This document shows positions 35,520 through 41,119 of a stretch of DNA of 41,119 bases, piece by piece (position 1 is the first letter of the stretch; the number at the start of each line of letters is the position of its first letter). The position numbers were made by a program, and so were the translations under genes. Location: contig QMQO01000008.1 in assembly GCA_003650545.1 (NCBI GenBank), forward strand, positions 1 to 41,119, read 5' to 3'. The notes below the pieces were generated by a model, which worked only from the letters and a program-made list of their open reading frames with translations, was not told the origin of the DNA and searched no databases. The DNA is from Candidatus Woesearchaeota archaeon. GTDB lineage: Archaea > Nanobdellota > Nanobdellia > Woesearchaeales > B72-G16.

Positions 35520-37040
35520 ATGTCAGAAGCACAAAAAACATTTAGAAAAATTGTCAAGGGAGCTGGAATAATATTTATTGGATTAACATTCAGCAAGTTA
35601 TTTTCTTATATATATAAGTTTGTGATTGGTCGCATGTTAGGAGTAGAGATCTTTGGTGTGCTAGCATTTGCCTTGATGTTGCTTGGTTTTGCTTGCACAA
35701 TTTCAGGGTTAGCGATTAAAGAAGGCACACTTAGGTATGTCTCATTTTTCAAGGGGAAGAGAAAATGGGACAAAATAAAAGGTACGGTTGTTAGCTCATT
35801 TCAGATAGTAGTTCCTATATCTGTGCTAATGTTCGTCGCATTATTTTTTATGAGCAACTATATTTCTCAACTCTTCTTACAACCTGATCTAGCGTTATTG
35901 TTAAAACTGCTAAGTTTTTCTTTACCGTTAATCATTATAACCGAAATTCTATCCTCGATAACACTTGGATTGCAGAACGTCAAATATTATGTTTTATTTC
36001 CCTTGTTTCTGAATAATTTTCTAAAATTGGTATTAACAATAATATTGATTGTCTTCGGTTTAAGACTGGTTGCTTTGGGTGCTGGTTACACAATTTCCTT
36101 TTTAATAGTCACAATCGCATTTGGTTATTTGACTTTTAAGAAAATACATAAAATATGGATCAAGTATAAGCCAAGATATAATAGGATGGAACTGATTAAA
36201 TTTTCTTGGCCGCTGTTGCCTTATACAATAATTTGGTCTGTGATGGGTTGGATTGATACATTTATGATCAGTTACTTCTATAAAGATTTTTCTCTCGTAG
36301 GGAGTTATAATGCGGCTTTGACTATAGCAACTATTTTAATGATCGTTCCAATGATCTTTATGACAATTTTTAGTCCTATCATCACAGAATTATACGCTAG
36401 ACATAAAAAGAAAAATATAAAACTATTAAATAGACAGATTAATAAACTAATTTTCCTAGCTAATTTTCCATTACTATTAATCTTTACAGTATTTCCAGTT
36501 GTGATTATAAGGATGCTCTTTGGTCAAGATTTCTTAACAGGTGCGAATTCTCTTATAGTGTTAGGCATTGGTTTTTTTATTTTTGGTATTGCAAATTCAT
36601 CAATTGTTCTTTTAAAAACTATAAAGAAAACTAAAATCAACTTAATAAATTCTATTATTACAATTGTTATTAACATTACTTTGAATTATTTTTTAATTCA
36701 AGCTTATGGAATAATCGGTGCAGCAATTGCTACTGCTATTTCTTATATCATCTACAGTTTATTGGACATAATACAAGCACACCATTATATGAAAATGCAA
36801 CCAATCAGCAAACCGACTATTAAAGCAATTTTTGCAGGAGTGATTCCTTTCATAGCATTAATCTATTTGAAAATGCTTTACACATTTAATAGTATACTTC
36901 TAGTAATAACGATTGGTATAGTATTTTTAGCAACTTACTTAACAATGTTATTACTACTGAAGTTTTTTGAAGAAGATGATATTCAGCTAATAAGAGCAAT
37001 ATTCCAAAAAGTTAAACTATCTAAATCTAAAAGAACATAA
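35520..37040 (+). CDS. Wzx/MOP-family oligosaccharide flippase
   Basis: About 14 TMs; FSWPL, WIDTFMI, VGSYNAA, LNYFLI..YGIIGAAIAT. Confidence 0.93.
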   Translation: MSEAQKTFRKIVKGAGIIFIGLTFSKLFSYIYKFVIGRMLGVEIFGVLAFALMLLGFACTISGLAIKEGTLRYVSFFKGKRKWDKIKGTVVSSFQIVVPISVLMFVALFFMSNYISQLFLQPDLALLLKLLSFSLPLIIITEILSSITLGLQNVKYYVLFPLFLNNFLKLVLTIILIVFGLRLVALGAGYTISFLIVTIAFGYLTFKKIHKIWIKYKPRYNRMELIKFSWPLLPYTIIWSVMGWIDTFMISYFYKDFSLVGSYNAALTIATILMIVPMIFMTIFSPIITELYARHKKKNIKLLNRQINKLIFLANFPLLLIFTVFPVVIIRMLFGQDFLTGANSLIVLGIGFFIFGIANSSIVLLKTIKKTKINLINSIITIVINITLNYFLIQAYGIIGAAIATAISYIIYSLLDIIQAHHYMKMQPISKPTIKAIFAGVIPFIALIYLKMLYTFNSILLVITIGIVFLATYLTMLLLLKFFEEDDIQLIRAIFQKVKLSKSKRT

Positions 37041-37242
37041 ACTATTCTAATCTAAAAATAACTTTAAGTTAATAGTTACTTCTTACAATCTACACTCGTT
37101 ATTAAACTGCTCCTAAAATGAGTGTGCCTGATTGTACTAACTTTGTACGTATGGTACAAACTGAATGGCAGTCTGCTTTAAATAAAAAAAACAGAAAAAT
37201 ATTTAAAACAACAAACAGTAATCTCTTTAAGGGGGGAGAAAC

Positions 37243-38283
37243 ATGGCAAAAAAAGCACTTATAACTGGCATAACTGGGCAGGATGGATCATACTTAGCAG
37301 AATTTTTGTTAAAAAAAAAATATGAAGTATATGGCATCATAAGGAGGTCTAGTTCTTTTAATACAAGTAGAATTGACCATATATATCAAGATCCACATGA
37401 AAAAAAATATAAACTTAAATTAGTGTACGGTGATTTGTCTGATGCAAGCTGCGTCGCTAAAATCATCAGAAAGGTAAAGCCTGATGAAGTGTATAATCTA
37501 GGAGCGCAGAGTCACGTTAGGGTTAGCTTTGACATTCCAGAGTATACTGCAGACGTTGTAGGTTTGGGAGCATTGAGAATTTTAGAAGCAATAAAAGAAT
37601 TTTCTCCGCGGACAAAATATTATCAAGCATCTAGTAGTGAGATGTTCGGTAAAGTAAAAGAGATACCACAGACTGAAAACACGCCGTTTCATCCTATGAG
37701 TCCTTATGGGTGTGCAAAGGTCTTTGCATATTGGATCACTAAGAATTATAGAGAAAGTTATGGTATATTTGCATGTAATGGTATTTTATTCAACCACGAA
37801 TCACCAAGAAGGGGTGGAACATTTGTAACAAAGAAGATAACGCGGGCTCTTGTTAACATAAAACTTGGAAAGCAAGAAAAACTTTATCTTGGAAATCTAG
37901 ATGCTAAAAGAGATTGGGGTTATGCAAAAGATTATGTTGAAGCAATGTGGTTGATGCTCCAACAGGATAAACCTGATGATTATGTTATTGCAACTGGTGA
38001 AACGCACTCGGTTAGAGAGTTTGTTGAAGAAGCATGTAAAATTCTCGGTTTTGATCTTGAGTGGCAAGGAAATGGCCTAGAAGAAAAGGGAATCGATAAA
38101 AAAACTAGGAAGGTAATTATAGAGATTGACCCTAGATATTTTAGACCCGCTGAAGTTGATCTGCTTTTAGGCGACCCAAGCAAAGCATTAAATCAGCTTG
38201 GGTGGAAAATAAACACTAAATTTAAAGAACTTGTTAAGCTTATGATTGAAGCTGATCTAAAAGAAGCACGGGATAAGGGTTGA
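37243..38283 (+). CDS. gmd: GDP-mannose 4,6-dehydratase
   Basis: [61 protein letters not shown] upstream. Confidence 0.97.
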   Translation: MAKKALITGITGQDGSYLAEFLLKKKYEVYGIIRRSSSFNTSRIDHIYQDPHEKKYKLKLVYGDLSDASCVAKIIRKVKPDEVYNLGAQSHVRVSFDIPEYTADVVGLGALRILEAIKEFSPRTKYYQASSSEMFGKVKEIPQTENTPFHPMSPYGCAKVFAYWITKNYRESYGIFACNGILFNHESPRRGGTFVTKKITRALVNIKLGKQEKLYLGNLDAKRDWGYAKDYVEAMWLMLQQDKPDDYVIATGETHSVREFVEEACKILGFDLEWQGNGLEEKGIDKKTRKVIIEIDPRYFRPAEVDLLLGDPSKALNQLGWKINTKFKELVKLMIEADLKEARDKG

Positions 38284-39219
<936 letters not shown>

Positions 39220-39223
39220 TAGA

Positions 39224-40168
39224 ATGTCTAACAAATGTGTTCTTTGTAATTCTGAAAAATCGATTTTGTTAAAGACTGGAAACAAAAAAATTAATAATTT
39301 TATATGTAAAAAGTGTGGATTAGTCTACGTATGGCCAACTGTTAATGAAAATCGTATTTTCTCTTACTATAAAAATGGTCATTATGATTCTAGTCACAAT
39401 GTCAAAATTAGATTCTCGAAAAAAAGATTGGAAGGGATATTCCTGGGTGCTAACGATAAATATAACTATATCTATAAATACATTAAAAAACACATTAAAA
39501 ATAAAACTGTATTAGAAATTGGTTGTGCTACAGGACATATTTTAAACATATTTAAACTAAAAGGATTTGATGTCTTGGGTGTTGAACCTTCAGAGAAACT
39601 TGCTGAATTTGCAAAAATTAATTATAATGTGAATGTAGTAAATGACATGTTTGAAAATGTGAAGATTAATAAGAGCTATGACTTAGTCTTATGTTTACAT
39701 ACATTAGAACATGTGATTAATCCAAGAAGATTTCTTTTAAAAATAAACAAACTAATGTCAAATAATTCTATTTTATTTATAGAAGTTCCAAATATTTACA
39801 AACCTCAGAATAGCCTCAAAAAATTTTTCGATTGTTCACATTTTTACACTTATTCGCCTAAAACATTGTGGAATATGTTAGCTCTAAATAAATTTAAAAT
39901 AATTTATTTGGATACAAAAAATTCACAGATAAAAGCTTTTTGTATTAAAGACAAAGACATAAAGCCGATTATTGATCCTAACGAATATAAACGAGAGATT
40001 ACTTTTCTTAATAGATACAAAAAGAATTACATCATTAAGGGATATTTCATTTCTAGTTTTTTTAGATTTCTGAAATATAAATCCACAATTTTATTGCCAA
40101 TTAGTTTGCTAAAAAAAATAAAAAGATTTAAAAAATACAAAAAGATCAAATTCAACATTGTTTTATAA
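39224..40168 (+). CDS. Class I SAM-dependent methyltransferase with N-terminal Zn-ribbon (glycan modification)
   Basis: Probable ATG 39224; CVLC...CKKCGL, VLEIGCATG, GVEPS, HTLEHV..P, IEVPN. Confidence 0.9.
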   Translation: MSNKCVLCNSEKSILLKTGNKKINNFICKKCGLVYVWPTVNENRIFSYYKNGHYDSSHNVKIRFSKKRLEGIFLGANDKYNYIYKYIKKHIKNKTVLEIGCATGHILNIFKLKGFDVLGVEPSEKLAEFAKINYNVNVVNDMFENVKINKSYDLVLCLHTLEHVINPRRFLLKINKLMSNNSILFIEVPNIYKPQNSLKKFFDCSHFYTYSPKTLWNMLALNKFKIIYLDTKNSQIKAFCIKDKDIKPIIDPNEYKREITFLNRYKKNYIIKGYFISSFFRFLKYKSTILLPISLLKKIKRFKKYKKIKFNIVL

Positions 40169-40195
40169 AAATAAAGGGAGTAAGGGGTTATCATT

Positions 40196-40972
40196 TTGAA
40201 AGTATCAAAAAATAAATTAAAAAATTTTGCATCTTTAATATATAGATTAAGTGAACCTCTTTTTAATCCAAAAAAAACCATAAAGGGAGTACCTTTATAT
40301 ATAAACTACATAAAAGATTGGATAAGGTATTCACAATTAGAGAACAACGAAAAGCTTAGAATAAAAAATGCGTTTCCTTGTATTTATGATAAGACTAAAA
40401 CCACTTCGATTGACACACATTATTTTTATCAAGATATATGGGCATTTAAAAAGATTCTAAAATCAAAAGCTAAGAAACATATTGATGTTGGTTCGAGAAT
40501 TTATTTTGTGGGGGTATTAACGGCAATAACAAAAGTTATTTTTATAGATATCCGTCCTTTGGTTACAAATTTGAATAATTTCGAATCAAGGAAAGGTAAT
40601 ATTCTTACACTACCATTTGAGGATAATAGTATTAAATCTCTATCATGTTTACATGTTGCAGAACATATTGGTTTAGGAAGGTATGGTGATACGCTAGATC
40701 CGCGTGGGTCTATCAAGGCATGTGAAGAATTACAGAGAGTGCTTGCCAAAAAAGGAAATCTGTATTTTTCTTTACCTGTTGGGAAACCGCGCACATGTTT
40801 TAATGCTCACAGGGTGCACTCCCCAAGACAGATCCTTAGGTATTTCGATGAACTTAAACTTATAGAATTTTCGGGTATTGATGATAATGGTCGTTATATA
40901 GAAAACATAGACACAGATGTTTTAGAGAAGTCGAATTATGCATGCGGATTATTCCACTTTAGAAAGGAATAA
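40196..40972 (+). CDS. DUF268-like methyltransferase-fold protein
   Basis: HYFYQD.WA, HIDVGSR, DIRP, SLSCLHVAEHIGLGRYGD.LDP, FNAHRV; TTG start. Confidence 0.82.
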   Translation: MKVSKNKLKNFASLIYRLSEPLFNPKKTIKGVPLYINYIKDWIRYSQLENNEKLRIKNAFPCIYDKTKTTSIDTHYFYQDIWAFKKILKSKAKKHIDVGSRIYFVGVLTAITKVIFIDIRPLVTNLNNFESRKGNILTLPFEDNSIKSLSCLHVAEHIGLGRYGDTLDPRGSIKACEELQRVLAKKGNLYFSLPVGKPRTCFNAHRVHSPRQILRYFDELKLIEFSGIDDNGRYIENIDTDVLEKSNYACGLFHFRKE

Positions 40973-41002
40973 CAACACTAGAAAACAAATAAAAATCTAA
41001 AA

Positions 41003-41119
41003 GTAAACAACTGTGGGCTGAAGCCCACAGCATTTCGCTTGGGTAGCGTGGCTATTCAAGCTTAGGCACAAAAACCTACCAATGATTTTTGTGCACGCAT
41101 ACGCTGTTGCTTAAGTCGA
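41003..41119. mobile_element. Possible IS200/IS605-family end or derived structured element, truncated by the window edge
   Basis: GTAAACAA followed by hairpin CTGTGGGCT-GA-AGCCCACAG and two further hairpins; no transposase in the window. Confidence 0.45.

Overview
AT-rich archaeal genomic window, most consistent with a DPANN/Woesearchaeota-like organism (inference from AglB, Elp3, GGR, PGF-pre-PGF proteins, ITG-x-A/V membrane anchors, TTTATAAA TATA boxes and BHB-type introns). Left to right: (1) a giant minus-strand surface protein of at least 3118 codons that runs off the left edge and is missing from the supplied ORF track; (2) RNA-modification genes (NOL1/NOP2/Sun m5C methyltransferase, Elp3); (3) a P-type IIA ATPase overlapping an APC permease-methyltransferase fusion, preceded by a structured upstream element; (4) a standalone Cas2/VapD-like small protein, MEMO1/AmmeMemoRadiSam B and DUF192; (5) a tRNA-Trp(CCA) gene that parses into six exons and FIVE BHB-type introns, directly followed by an aromatic amino acid permease; (6) a minus-strand cell-surface cluster (PGF-pre-PGF, CARDB, PKD); (7) geranylgeranyl reductase, AglB and a glycan biosynthesis cluster (flippase, gmd, fcl, two methyltransferase-like genes); (8) a hairpin-rich, possibly IS200/IS605-type end at the right edge. 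The most striking item is the five-intron tRNA, whose canonical intron also retains a recognisable box C/D guide for position 39. All calls were made by eye without database searches.
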